NCBI GenBank assembly: GCA_001730085.1
Contig: MDLB01000106.1
Coordinates: 12,137-76,136, forward strand
Length of the DNA: 64,000 bases
Direction of reading: 5' to 3'
DNA from: PVC group bacterium (ex Bugula neritina AB1)
Lineage (GTDB): Bacteria > GCA-001730085
This document shows, piece by piece, positions 54,885-63,881 of this stretch (position 1 is its first letter; the number at the start of each line of letters is the position of its first letter). A model generated the notes under the pieces. It searched no databases. It saw only the letters and a program-made list of their open reading frames with translations, and was not told the DNA's origin. The translations under genes were made by a program, and so were the position numbers.

Positions 54885-57263
54885 ATGGCTTCGAAGGACA
54901 CACATTCAGAGATAGATCTTCCTCTTTTGACACTGAGAGATACAGTTGTTTTTCCCCTGGTAAAGGTTCCTCTTTTGATCGGTAGAAAAACATCTCTCCT
55001 TGCAGTTAAACAGGGTCTTTCAGCTGATGATTCATCGATTTTAATTGTTGCGCAAAAAAATATGCATGTTGATGTTCCAACAGTAAAAGATGTCCACACT
55101 GTTGGAGTTAAGGCTAAAATTGTTGAAAACGATTGGTTGCCAGATCGCAGTTTGAGCATGATTGTAGAAGCAAGTCATACGGTTAAGTTGAAAGATATTA
55201 ATAGGGATGAGGAGAGAGGTCTTTTCGCATCTTTCGAGATTTTGTCAACAACTATTGATGAGAGTACAGAGCTTTTAGCTTTACAAAGAACTCTATTGGA
55301 GCAATTTTCTGAATATATTCAACTGATGGGGCGTTCGTTAGAAGATGTTTCTTTGGATGTTTTACGTGGGAAAGATGCCCCAGAGTGGATCACAAACTTT
55401 ATTGTGACATTTATTGATATTTCTGTTGAAGACAAGCAAGAGCTTCTTGAGGAAATATCTCTTCAAAAAAGAATGCATATGGCTAGTTTGCGAATCCAAA
55501 AAGAGATAGATATTTTGCGGATGCAAAATAAAATCATGGGGGATGTTCGGAATCAAATCGATAAAAGTCAGAAAGAATATATATTACATGAGCAAATGAA
55601 GGCTATATCTAAAGAACTTGGAGAAAAAGCTACATTTGTTCATGATGAAAATCAAGAGCTTCAGGATCTTTTAGAAAAAACAAAATTGCCCAAAGATGTT
55701 AAAACTTATATTGAGAAAGAGATCCATAAACTTGGGGCTATGATGCCTCATTTGCCTGAAGCTGCCACAATAAGACATCACGTTGAATTGATTTTGAGTT
55801 TGCCGTGGTTTGACAGTTCCGAAGAACAACTTGATATGACCAAAGCTTTTGAAATCCTAGAAAAAGGACATTATGGCTTGCAAGATCCTAAGGATAGGAT
55901 TTTAGAATATATTGCTGTTTCAAAGCTAGTTCCAAAGGGAAGAGGCACTGTTCTATGTTTGGTCGGGGCACCCGGAGTGGGTAAAACATCTTTAGCGAAA
56001 TCTATGGCAGAAGCGATGGCTAGGTGTTTTGTTCGAATCCCTTTAGGTGGAGTAAGAGATGAAGCAGATATTCGTGGACATAGGAAAACTTATGTTGGGG
56101 CGATGCCTAGTAAAATCATACAGGCTTTGAAAAAATGTGGCAAAAATAACCCTCTTATTTTGTTAGATGAGATTGACAAAATGGGGCATGATTTTCAGGG
56201 TGATCCGGCTGCAGCTCTGCTTGAGGTTTTAGATCCGGAACAGAATGAGCAATTCCAAGATCACTACTTAGGTTTAGGCTTTGATTTGTCTAATGTTATA
56301 TTTGTCGCCACAGCGAATAATGAATATGATATTCCCTATGCTTTGCATGACCGTATGGAAATGATTCGCTTGGAGGGATATACGGAGCAAGATAAGTTAA
56401 AGATAGCTGAAAAATTTTTAATCGTTAATCAAATAAAAAACAATGGCTTAGAAAAAGATAATAAAGCTGACCATAAGTGTCCATCTGTGATTTTTCATGA
56501 AGAGACTCTTTTACAAATTATTCGTGAATACACACGTGAGGCAGGCGTTAGAGAGTTAGACAGGATGCTTGCCAAAATTTCTCGTAAAATCGCTAAGAAA
56601 TTTGTTCAAGGTGAATTAAAGAGAAAAAGGAAGCTTCATATTAGAAACAAAGATTTAGTAGACTATTTAGGGGTTCCTTCTTTTTTTTATAGTAAGACTG
56701 CCAAAAAAGGCTCGATTGGTGTTGTTATGGGATTGGCTTGGACATCGGCGGGTGGAGATGTTCTTCCGATAGAGGCAACGAAAATGAAGGGGAAAAATAG
56801 GCTTATTTTAACAGGTCACTTGGGTGAGGTTATGCAAGAATCGGGGCAGGCAGCGTTAAGTTATTTGCGTACACATGCTGAGTATTTAGATTTGGACCCT
56901 AACTTTTATGATAATTATGAGTTGCATATTCATGCGCCGGAGGGGGCAATACCTAAAGATGGTCCATCAGCAGGGATAACTTTGGCCTGTGCTTTATACT
57001 CTGTTTTGAGTGAAAAGGTGATGCCGTCTGATATTGCTATGACGGGAGAGATAACACTTACAGGTAAGGTTTTAAAGATTGGCGGTTTAAAATCAAAGCT
57101 TTTGGCTGCGAAACGTTCTAAAATAGCAAAAGTTATAATGCCAGAAGAGAATAAAAAGAATTACGAAGAAATACCTGCAGAGTTAAAAAAAGATCTTCAA
57201 GTTCACTTTGTTTCTCATGTCAGAGAAGTTTTAGATATTTGTTTTCAACGAAAAATGAATTAG
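54885..57263 (+). CDS. lon: Lon protease (LonA)
   Basis: LON N-domain, Walker A GAPGVGKTS, proteolytic Ser motif DGPSAGIT. ATG 54885 preferred over TTG 54876, which overlaps the clpX stop. Confidence 0.95.
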   Translation: MASKDTHSEIDLPLLTLRDTVVFPLVKVPLLIGRKTSLLAVKQGLSADDSSILIVAQKNMHVDVPTVKDVHTVGVKAKIVENDWLPDRSLSMIVEASHTVKLKDINRDEERGLFASFEILSTTIDESTELLALQRTLLEQFSEYIQLMGRSLEDVSLDVLRGKDAPEWITNFIVTFIDISVEDKQELLEEISLQKRMHMASLRIQKEIDILRMQNKIMGDVRNQIDKSQKEYILHEQMKAISKELGEKATFVHDENQELQDLLEKTKLPKDVKTYIEKEIHKLGAMMPHLPEAATIRHHVELILSLPWFDSSEEQLDMTKAFEILEKGHYGLQDPKDRILEYIAVSKLVPKGRGTVLCLVGAPGVGKTSLAKSMAEAMARCFVRIPLGGVRDEADIRGHRKTYVGAMPSKIIQALKKCGKNNPLILLDEIDKMGHDFQGDPAAALLEVLDPEQNEQFQDHYLGLGFDLSNVIFVATANNEYDIPYALHDRMEMIRLEGYTEQDKLKIAEKFLIVNQIKNNGLEKDNKADHKCPSVIFHEETLLQIIREYTREAGVRELDRMLAKISRKIAKKFVQGELKRKRKLHIRNKDLVDYLGVPSFFYSKTAKKGSIGVVMGLAWTSAGGDVLPIEATKMKGKNRLILTGHLGEVMQESGQAALSYLRTHAEYLDLDPNFYDNYELHIHAPEGAIPKDGPSAGITLACALYSVLSEKVMPSDIAMTGEITLTGKVLKIGGLKSKLLAAKRSKIAKVIMPEENKKNYEEIPAELKKDLQVHFVSHVREVLDICFQRKMN

Positions 57264-57278
57264 CGAGGTATAGCTTTT

Positions 57279-58160
57279 GTGAAAAGTATGACAGGATATG
57301 GTTTTGCTCAAAAAAACTTTGATGGGCGTGTTCTTTGTGTTGAAATAAAATCTGTTAACAAAAAACATGTTGATATTTTTTTTAAAATGTGTCGAGATTT
57401 TTTAAGTTATGAAGACACGTTAAAAAAAAATATTTTAAATAAAATCAAAAGAGGTAGAGTGTCTGTTCATATTTTTTTTGACAAAGAAGCTTCTTCAGAA
57501 AAGGTAGAAATAAGTTTAAATAAAGATCTTGCACGTCAAAGTTATGATTTGATTCAAGAACTTTTGAAGGATCTAAACTTGAAGCAAGAAGTCCCTATTC
57601 AGCATTATCCCAAATTTCAAGATTTCTTTCAAAACCCTATAGCGAATGATCGCAAAATTCTTTCTGTTGAAGAGCTTTCAGATGTTTTAGATTCAGCGTT
57701 AGACCTTTTTGATCAAGCTCGATTGAAAGAAGGAGCTTGCTTGCAAAAAGATCTTTTACAAAGAATTTTTTCTGTACAAGAAATGTTTAATCAAATCGAA
57801 GGAAGAGTTGATCTTGTAAAAAATGCTTACCGTGAGCAAATAGAGAAGAATGTTCGAGACTTGGTTAAAGACTTAAGATTTGATGAAGGTCGAGTACTCA
57901 CGGAGGTCGCTATTTTTGCTAATAAGATCGATATTTCGGAAGAAATCACTCGGTTTAATATACACATAAATAACTTTAAAGATAGTGTGGAAAATGCGAA
58001 AGACGCTGTGGGGCGCCGATTTGACTTTCTTTTACAGGAGCTTCATAGAGAAATAAATACCATTTCTAGCAAGTGCTCAGATGCAAAAATATCTGAGCTT
58101 GCCGTAGATATTAAGTGTGAACTGGAAAAAATACGAGAACAAGTTCAAAATATTGAATAA
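57279..58160 (+). CDS. yicC: YicC-family stress-induced protein
   Basis: N-terminal KSMTGYG and C-terminal EIDRxNxHI-like segment (ITRFNIHINNF), EKIREQVQNIE end. GTG start. Confidence 0.85.
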   Translation: MKSMTGYGFAQKNFDGRVLCVEIKSVNKKHVDIFFKMCRDFLSYEDTLKKNILNKIKRGRVSVHIFFDKEASSEKVEISLNKDLARQSYDLIQELLKDLNLKQEVPIQHYPKFQDFFQNPIANDRKILSVEELSDVLDSALDLFDQARLKEGACLQKDLLQRIFSVQEMFNQIEGRVDLVKNAYREQIEKNVRDLVKDLRFDEGRVLTEVAIFANKIDISEEITRFNIHINNFKDSVENAKDAVGRRFDFLLQELHREINTISSKCSDAKISELAVDIKCELEKIREQVQNIE

Positions 58161-58290
58161 AGCTTAATATGAAAGCCTTGAAAAGTTTTTCTGATATTTT
58201 TTGCAAAATTTTTCAGAAAGAAGCTATATGAAAGGCGTGGAGTTTTTTTAAATTAATGTATAATATCTTTGATCATAGGGTTTAAAAATA

Positions 58291-58908
58291 GTGATAAAAA
58301 ACTCTAATAAGGGTCTCTTTGTTGTATTATCAGCTCCTTCGGGAACAGGTAAGACAACAATTAAAAACCGACTTTTACAGAAAGACTCTTTTGAATTTTC
58401 TGTTTCATATACTACAAGGGAGTTGCGCTCGGGAGAAAAAGATGGAAAAGACTATCACTTTGTGAGTCGTGATATCTTTGAAAAAAAAATCATTGCGGGT
58501 GAATTTTTAGAGTATGCAGAAGTTCATGGTGCCTATTATGGAACATGTATTGATTCATTGAAACCTCTTCTGGAGGGGATAAATGTTTTGTTAGATATAG
58601 ATGTTCAAGGGTATTTGCAAGTCAAAAAAAAATACGAAAATGCTTTGGGCATATTTATTTTTCCTCCATCTTTGTTGGAGTTACGAAGCCGCTTAGAAAG
58701 TCGAGGCTTAAACACAGCTACAGATATAGAAACTAGGTTGAAAAATGCTAAGGAAGAAATTCTAAATTGGGATCGATATGATTATGCGGTTCTCAATGAT
58801 GAAGTTGAAAATACGACTAAAACGATCCATGGGATTGTTTTAGCCGAACAAAGTTCTGTTAAACGAAAACGGTGGGAGATTAATACTGATGCTTTCAATA
58901 AGTCTTGA
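58291..58908 (+). CDS. gmk: Guanylate kinase
   Basis: P-loop LSAPSGTGKTT, YTTRELRSGEKDGKDYHFVS. GTG start. Confidence 0.92.
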   Translation: MIKNSNKGLFVVLSAPSGTGKTTIKNRLLQKDSFEFSVSYTTRELRSGEKDGKDYHFVSRDIFEKKIIAGEFLEYAEVHGAYYGTCIDSLKPLLEGINVLLDIDVQGYLQVKKKYENALGIFIFPPSLLELRSRLESRGLNTATDIETRLKNAKEEILNWDRYDYAVLNDEVENTTKTIHGIVLAEQSSVKRKRWEINTDAFNKS

Positions 58909-59128
58909 TAGATGTAAAGGCGAAGGAATTTTTCGGATGTGTACGTTAGCTGCACGGCGGTCACAAGACCTTTCTCAGGGAGCGATCCCTTTATTAAAAC
59001 ATGACCCTTCCCTTAAAGTGACAACGCTTGCTTTAAGAGAAGTTCTGGGTGGATTTGTTTTTGAAAAAGTTTCGAATGAAAATGAAGAAATAAGTTCAGC
59101 GACTCTTGAAGAGGAATCGGATGCCTAA
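58889..59128 (+). CDS. rpoZ: DNA-directed RNA polymerase subunit omega
   Basis: Small ORF after gmk (conserved gmk-rpoZ order). Core FRMCTLAARRSQDL...TTLALREV resembles the omega RY..V..AA.RARQL / AL.EI pattern. The start is uncertain. Confidence 0.7.
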   Translation: MLSISLDRCKGEGIFRMCTLAARRSQDLSQGAIPLLKHDPSLKVTTLALREVLGGFVFEKVSNENEEISSATLEEESDA

Positions 59129-59654
59129 AAATATCCTTTTAGGAATATCGGGCTGTATTTCTGCCTATAAAATGCCAGAGTATGTTCGATTTTTTATAAA
59201 AAAAGGTTACGAAGTTAAGGTTATTTTAACTTCGTGTGCTCAAAAGTTTGTCACGGAAACAACCTTGGCAACTCTTTCGCGAAATCCTGTGTATATAGAC
59301 ATCTTTGCTCCTGAAAATGGATGGATGCCACAGCATATTGCTTTGGCTCAGTGGGCGGATGTTTTTCTTTGTGCGCCACTTTCGGCTGACATGTTGAGTA
59401 AAGTGGCTTCCGGATTTTCAAATGATCTTTTGTTAGCGACATTATTGGCATATGAAGGATCTGTTGTTTTATGTCCGTCTATGAATGATGTGATGTATAA
59501 AAATGAAGTTATACAGAGTCACTTGAATTCTTTGAAAAAAATAGATAGATATTCCTTTATTGAGCCTGTAAAAGGTGATTTGGCTTGCTTGTCTCATGGC
59601 ATTGGTAGGCTGCCAAGTGTTCAAAATATATACGAAAAGATTATTCTTTTATGA
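59121..59654 (+). CDS. coaC: Phosphopantothenoylcysteine decarboxylase (stand-alone flavoprotein)
   Basis: NILLGISGCISAYK flavin-binding N-terminus, PLSADMLSKVASGFSNDLL. ATG 59121 overlaps the rpoZ stop by 8 nt. Confidence 0.85.
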   Translation: MPKNILLGISGCISAYKMPEYVRFFIKKGYEVKVILTSCAQKFVTETTLATLSRNPVYIDIFAPENGWMPQHIALAQWADVFLCAPLSADMLSKVASGFSNDLLLATLLAYEGSVVLCPSMNDVMYKNEVIQSHLNSLKKIDRYSFIEPVKGDLACLSHGIGRLPSVQNIYEKIILL

Positions 59655-60289
59655 AAATTTGTGTAACAGCTGGTCCTACGAGAGAATTTATTGATCCTGT
59701 TCGGTTTATTTCGAGTCCGTCTTCAGGGAAGATGGGGTATTTTTTGGCTCAAGAAATGTTGAAGCAAGGCCATGAAGTGACTTTGATAAGTGGTCCGGTT
59801 TCTTTAAAAAAACCGACGGGTATTATAGTGAAATATGTTCAAACAGCTAAAGAAATGAGAGATCAGGTTGTAAAAGGTATAGCTAACTTTGATGTTCTTG
59901 TTATGACAGCAGCTGTATGTGATTACTCTTTGCCAGAAATACATACAAATAAGATCAAAAAAAATGATTCAGAATTGGTATTATCTTTGGTTGAAAACCC
60001 TGATATTCTTAAAGAGGTTTCAAAAGTGGATCATGACGCTTATGTTGTTGGTTTTGCAGCGGAATCGGAAGACTTGATTGAGAATGCTAGAAAGAAGATG
60101 TTTGAAAAAAAATTGAATATGATTGTTGCTAATGATATCACCCAAAAAGAAACAGGCTTTGCGAGCGATGATTTTGAAGGTTTTATTTTACGTTCGGATG
60201 GAAGCCTTGAAAACATTGCTAAATGTTCTAAATCAATAGCTTCTAAATGTATTTTAAAAGCGATATGTGAGGATATTTGTGAGAGTTGA
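59651..60289 (+). CDS. coaB: Phosphopantothenate--cysteine ligase (stand-alone)
   Basis: ICVTAGPTREFIDPVRFISSPSSGKMG, AAVCDY. ATGA overlap with coaC. Confidence 0.88.
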   Translation: MKICVTAGPTREFIDPVRFISSPSSGKMGYFLAQEMLKQGHEVTLISGPVSLKKPTGIIVKYVQTAKEMRDQVVKGIANFDVLVMTAAVCDYSLPEIHTNKIKKNDSELVLSLVENPDILKEVSKVDHDAYVVGFAAESEDLIENARKKMFEKKLNMIVANDITQKETGFASDDFEGFILRSDGSLENIAKCSKSIASKCILKAICEDICES

Positions 60290-60304
60290 ACTTGGGAGAA
60301 ACTG

Positions 60305-60637
60305 ATGGGAAAGACTGATAGCTCTACGTTTAAGGAAGGCTTCAAGTTAGATAAAAAAGAAATCCTTTCTTTGATAATGGATGAAAATGTACATTATGTT
60401 TTGAAAGAATTTTCACGTTATGTTGAAGACTATCCAAGCCCGATAGACTTCTGTCTTTGTTCAAATTGTGTCTTAGATGTTATTGCGTTAACATTGAATA
60501 GTTCGCCTAGTCATTACCGGTGTCTCGGAAGGCATGCGCATAGAGAGATGGAGGAAGTTCAAAGAATATGTCACGATGTGAGAGTAGCGATGAAAAAAGC
60601 GATTGTTTTAGTGAAAAAAAGACCTCATCACGGGTGA
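60305..60637 (+). CDS. ComFB-family (late competence development protein ComFB-like) small protein
   Basis: DFCLCSNCVLDVIALTLNSSPSHY matches the ComFB signature CxCxxCxxDxxAxxLNxxPxxY as I remember it. 110 aa. Confidence 0.65.
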   Translation: MGKTDSSTFKEGFKLDKKEILSLIMDENVHYVLKEFSRYVEDYPSPIDFCLCSNCVLDVIALTLNSSPSHYRCLGRHAHREMEEVQRICHDVRVAMKKAIVLVKKRPHHG

Positions 60638-60646
60638 TGTTCTAAA

Positions 60647-61144
60647 ATGATTTCTGTTTATATTCGACGAGTTGGGATTAAAAGGCGAGTTAACTTAAGA
60701 CTTATAAGGGAACTGGTTTCTTATATTTTAGAACAAGAAGGCAAAGGTGGATCTTCGCTATCTATTAAAATTTGTGATCATAAAACGATCCATCGAATGA
60801 ATAGGCTGTATTTGGATCATGATTGGCCTACAGATGTTTTGGCGTTCCCTATGATAGAAGATGGATCAGAGGATTTCTCTGATGTTGAAGAAAGTTATAT
60901 TGGAGACTGTGTTGTTTCGATGGAGATGGCTTTCGAAAGGTGCAAAGAATTTGACCACTCTCCCGATGAAGAGCTAGCTTTGTATATTATTCATGCTGTT
61001 TTGCACATTTTAGGTTACACAGACAAGGAAACAGAGTGTCGAAAAATCATGAGGGCTAGAGAAAGCAAATATATGAGAAAATTTCAAGAAAAAATTTTGC
61101 ATGATAAGTTGATTTATGGAGATTCAAAGTCGTGTTTATTATAG
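60647..61144 (+). CDS. ybeY: rRNA maturation endoribonuclease YbeY
   Basis: Zinc motif HAVLHILGYTD. 165 aa. Confidence 0.92.
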   Translation: MISVYIRRVGIKRRVNLRLIRELVSYILEQEGKGGSSLSIKICDHKTIHRMNRLYLDHDWPTDVLAFPMIEDGSEDFSDVEESYIGDCVVSMEMAFERCKEFDHSPDEELALYIIHAVLHILGYTDKETECRKIMRARESKYMRKFQEKILHDKLIYGDSKSCLL

Positions 61145-62454
61145 AGCCTTTATCTATTCTTCTTTGTTTATTGGCGTCGTCTTTTTTTTCAGCATCGGAA
61201 ACGGCTATGACAGCTATGACGAAGTTGAGAATCAAAAAAATGATTGATCAATATGGGGAGAAAGCTCTTGCCTTGGAAAAAATGGCTGAAAAGTGGGACA
61301 ACATACTGATAACTCTTTTGATTTTTAATAATGTCGCGAATATTGCGGGAGCTTCTATTGCTACTGTTTGGGCAACACGCCTTTTAGGAGGGGTTTTGCC
61401 AATGAATCAGCTTGTTGCTATATCGACCAGTATTATGACTCTAATAGTTCTTATTTTTGGAGAGATTATCCCTAAAACCTTAGCGAAACGCTATGCAGAA
61501 GAGATATCTTTGTTTTTGATAGGGTTTTTACATAAACTTTCCACATTGATTTATCCTTTGATTCAGGTGTTTAAATTTTTATCGGTAGGTATTATGAAGC
61601 TGATGGGCGCTCGTATTGAGGATATACAGAATATGCTAACGGAACAAGAGATTGTTGCGCTTGTTGAAGCTGGAGAGAGAGAAGGTGTTATAGAAGAAGA
61701 AGAGCGAGACATGATCTGCAGTGTTATTGAGTTTGGGGATACGTACGTTCATGAAGTCATGGTTCCTCGAGTGGATATGGTCACTATGGATGCTACGATG
61801 ACGTTAAAACAGGCGTTAGAAATGATTCACTCAGGCGTCACTTTTTCTAGGATTCCTGTGATAATGAATTCAGCAGATAATGTTGTTGGGGTTATGTATG
61901 CTAAAGACTTGATGAAATATGTGACAGACCCTTATTTTGAAAAAATTTGTGTGATAGATATTTGTCGGAAACCTTTTTTTGTTCCAGAGAGTAGTAAGCT
62001 TGATATTCTTTTGCAACTTTTTAAAAAAGACAGGATCCATATGGCGATTGTGGTTGATGAGTATGGGGGAACAGCAGGGTTAGTAACGATTGAAGATCTT
62101 CTTGAAGAAATTGTTGGAGAAATCATGGACGAACATGATGGGGAAGAAGAGCTGATTTGTCGTATAAATCACAGAGTTGCACTTGTCGATGCGAAAACAA
62201 AGCTTTCAGACTTGAATGACTGTTTAGATATAGATTTGCCAGAAGAGGATAGTTATGACACCTTGGGGGGCTTTTTGATATATATATTTGAGGAAATGCC
62301 TACTAAAGGATCGTCTATCAATTATGAGGGGGTGAACTTTCAAATACTTGAGGCTGACAAAAAAAGAGTATACAAAGTTCGTATAGATATCAAAGATGAT
62401 CAAAAAAAAGGTGTTGATAGTTCAAATGATGAAAATATTTCTGGGAACAATTAG
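61132..62454 (+). CDS. DUF21-CBS-CorC/HlyC-type membrane protein (TlyC/CorC-like)
   Basis: N-terminal 4-TM DUF21 (FFSASETAMTAM), a CBS pair and a C-terminal CorC_HlyC domain. Follows ybeY, as is common. GTG start. Confidence 0.85.
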   Translation: MFIIEPLSILLCLLASSFFSASETAMTAMTKLRIKKMIDQYGEKALALEKMAEKWDNILITLLIFNNVANIAGASIATVWATRLLGGVLPMNQLVAISTSIMTLIVLIFGEIIPKTLAKRYAEEISLFLIGFLHKLSTLIYPLIQVFKFLSVGIMKLMGARIEDIQNMLTEQEIVALVEAGEREGVIEEEERDMICSVIEFGDTYVHEVMVPRVDMVTMDATMTLKQALEMIHSGVTFSRIPVIMNSADNVVGVMYAKDLMKYVTDPYFEKICVIDICRKPFFVPESSKLDILLQLFKKDRIHMAIVVDEYGGTAGLVTIEDLLEEIVGEIMDEHDGEEELICRINHRVALVDAKTKLSDLNDCLDIDLPEEDSYDTLGGFLIYIFEEMPTKGSSINYEGVNFQILEADKKRVYKVRIDIKDDQKKGVDSSNDENISGNN

Positions 62455-63085
62455 GTCTAACTTTGTTACAGGAATTTTGACCTTTCTCCCCTTGGGGGGA
62501 ACAGCTTATTTGGTTTACTTCGTGGTGGTAAAAGTTAGATTGTTACTTTTATATATCACGCCAGAAAAGTATTCAGTTTTTCTTGAGCACCCTCACTTTG
62601 GATGGTTGTGGCAATTTTTAACATTGTGTTTAGCTATTTTTTTATTCACATGTTTAGGTTTTTTTGCCAAAATGTATCTGGGAAGAAAAATTTTAGAGCT
62701 GAGTGATGAATTAGTTAAGAAGATCCCTTTAGTTAATAAAGTTTATAAATTGATTAAGCAGATCAGCTTAGCTTTTTTGGGTGCGAAGTCTCAATTTTTT
62801 ACGAAAGTTGTTTGTTTTGAATACCCTAGGAGGGGATGTTACGCTATTGGGTTTTTCACTGGGTATGCTCAGGGAGAGTTGGTTAGGGATACAAAGATGG
62901 TTAACTTGTTTGTCCCGACAACGCCAAACCCAACTTCGGGATTTTTTTTAATGGTTCCAGAAAATGACTTGACGTTTTTAAAAATGAGCCCAGAAGATGC
63001 GATGAAGATCGTTATTTCAGGAGGAGCTTATTCGTTAGATGAGGACATATCCTTTACGAAAGATATGAAAGATGAAAAAAATTGA
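62426..63085 (+). CDS. DUF502-family membrane protein
   Basis: VPTTPNPTSGFFLMVPENDL and VISGGA are hallmark DUF502 segments. Two N-terminal TM helices. Internal Met start chosen. Confidence 0.8.
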   Translation: MMKIFLGTIRSNFVTGILTFLPLGGTAYLVYFVVVKVRLLLLYITPEKYSVFLEHPHFGWLWQFLTLCLAIFLFTCLGFFAKMYLGRKILELSDELVKKIPLVNKVYKLIKQISLAFLGAKSQFFTKVVCFEYPRRGCYAIGFFTGYAQGELVRDTKMVNLFVPTTPNPTSGFFLMVPENDLTFLKMSPEDAMKIVISGGAYSLDEDISFTKDMKDEKN

Positions 63086-63477
63086 CGGCATTGTAAAAAG
63101 CTTAAATATTCTGTTTGCTAGAGATAACAAGATATGCTAAAATATGCTCTGATTTTTTTCTTTGTGAAAAATTATTTGTGGCGAGATTTTTTAGGTTACT
63201 TTTTTTATTTTATAAAGCTTTCACAAATATTTTGATACAGCAAGTGATCGCTGATTGATAAAAAAATCACTTGGTGAATTTAAAAATCTCTTTCTTTTAA
63301 AGAAGAGAGGATGTTAAGTTGAAATATCTGTGTTATAATTAATTTTTTTTAATGCAAGACTTTCATTGAATGACTTAAATTTGTTGATCAAGTAAAAGTA
63401 AGGGTTTACAAAAATCCTTGGTCATTTGTGATTTTTTTATGGCTGTGATCCTTGTTTTTAAAAGGAGAAAGAGACAT

Positions 63478-63753
63478 ATGCAACAGAAAGCATCTTCTTT
63501 AGCTTTGAAAGAAGATTTTTTATCTTTTGAAATAGAAGAACAGGATAGTGGAAAGTTTTTAGCTCGTTGTCCTGAATTTAGTCTTTTTGTTTTAGAAAAG
63601 TCTGCGGACATAGCTTTAAAAAAGCTTGAAAGTTTGTGTTTGCATTCGATTCTTATTTTAGAAAATTGGGGTATATCTGATTTTGTATTTTCTCTTGTAG
63701 AAAGAGATGACCATATTGATATTAGAAAATGGTTGAGTTTGACAAGTCATTAA
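63478..63753 (+). CDS. HicB/UPF0150-like small protein (tentative), 91 aa
   Basis: AGGAG precedes ATG 63478. FEIEEQDSGKFLARCPEFSLFVLEKSADIALKKLES follows the HicB N-domain pattern (xIExDEDGGYxAxxPELPGxxxxGxTxEEA) loosely. No hicA-like ORF is adjacent. Confidence 0.4.
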   Translation: MQQKASSLALKEDFLSFEIEEQDSGKFLARCPEFSLFVLEKSADIALKKLESLCLHSILILENWGISDFVFSLVERDDHIDIRKWLSLTSH

Positions 63754-63763
63754 AAAATTGCGA

Positions 63764-63839
63764 TCTCCGGTAGCTCAATTGGCAGAGTAGGTGGCTGTTA
63801 ACCACTTGGTTACTGGTTCGAGTCCAGTCCGGAGAGCCA
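63764..63839 (+). tRNA. tRNA-Asn (anticodon GTT), CCA encoded
   Basis: Acceptor TCTCCGG/CCGGAGA, D arm GCTC..GAGT, anticodon stem GGTGG/CCACT with loop CTGTTAA, T arm ACTGG-TTCGAGT-CCAGT, 3' GCCA. Confidence 0.9.
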
Positions 63840-63843
63840 TTTT

Positions 63844-63881
63844 AGACGAACAGATCCTGCGGTCTGTTCGTCTTTTTTTTT
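63844..63881 (+). terminator. Rho-independent terminator
   Basis: Perfect 11-bp stem AGACGAACAGA / TCTGTTCGTCT, 8-nt loop, followed by T8. Confidence 0.85.

Noticed and set aside
58259-58264. TGTATAAT (TG immediately followed by TATAAT) 27 nt upstream of the gmk GTG, as a promoter for gmk-rpoZ-coaC-coaB.
   Set aside because: There is no acceptable -35 element at 16-18 nt, and the TG is not at the canonical extended -10 spacing. It is plausible but too weak to list as a feature without TSS data.
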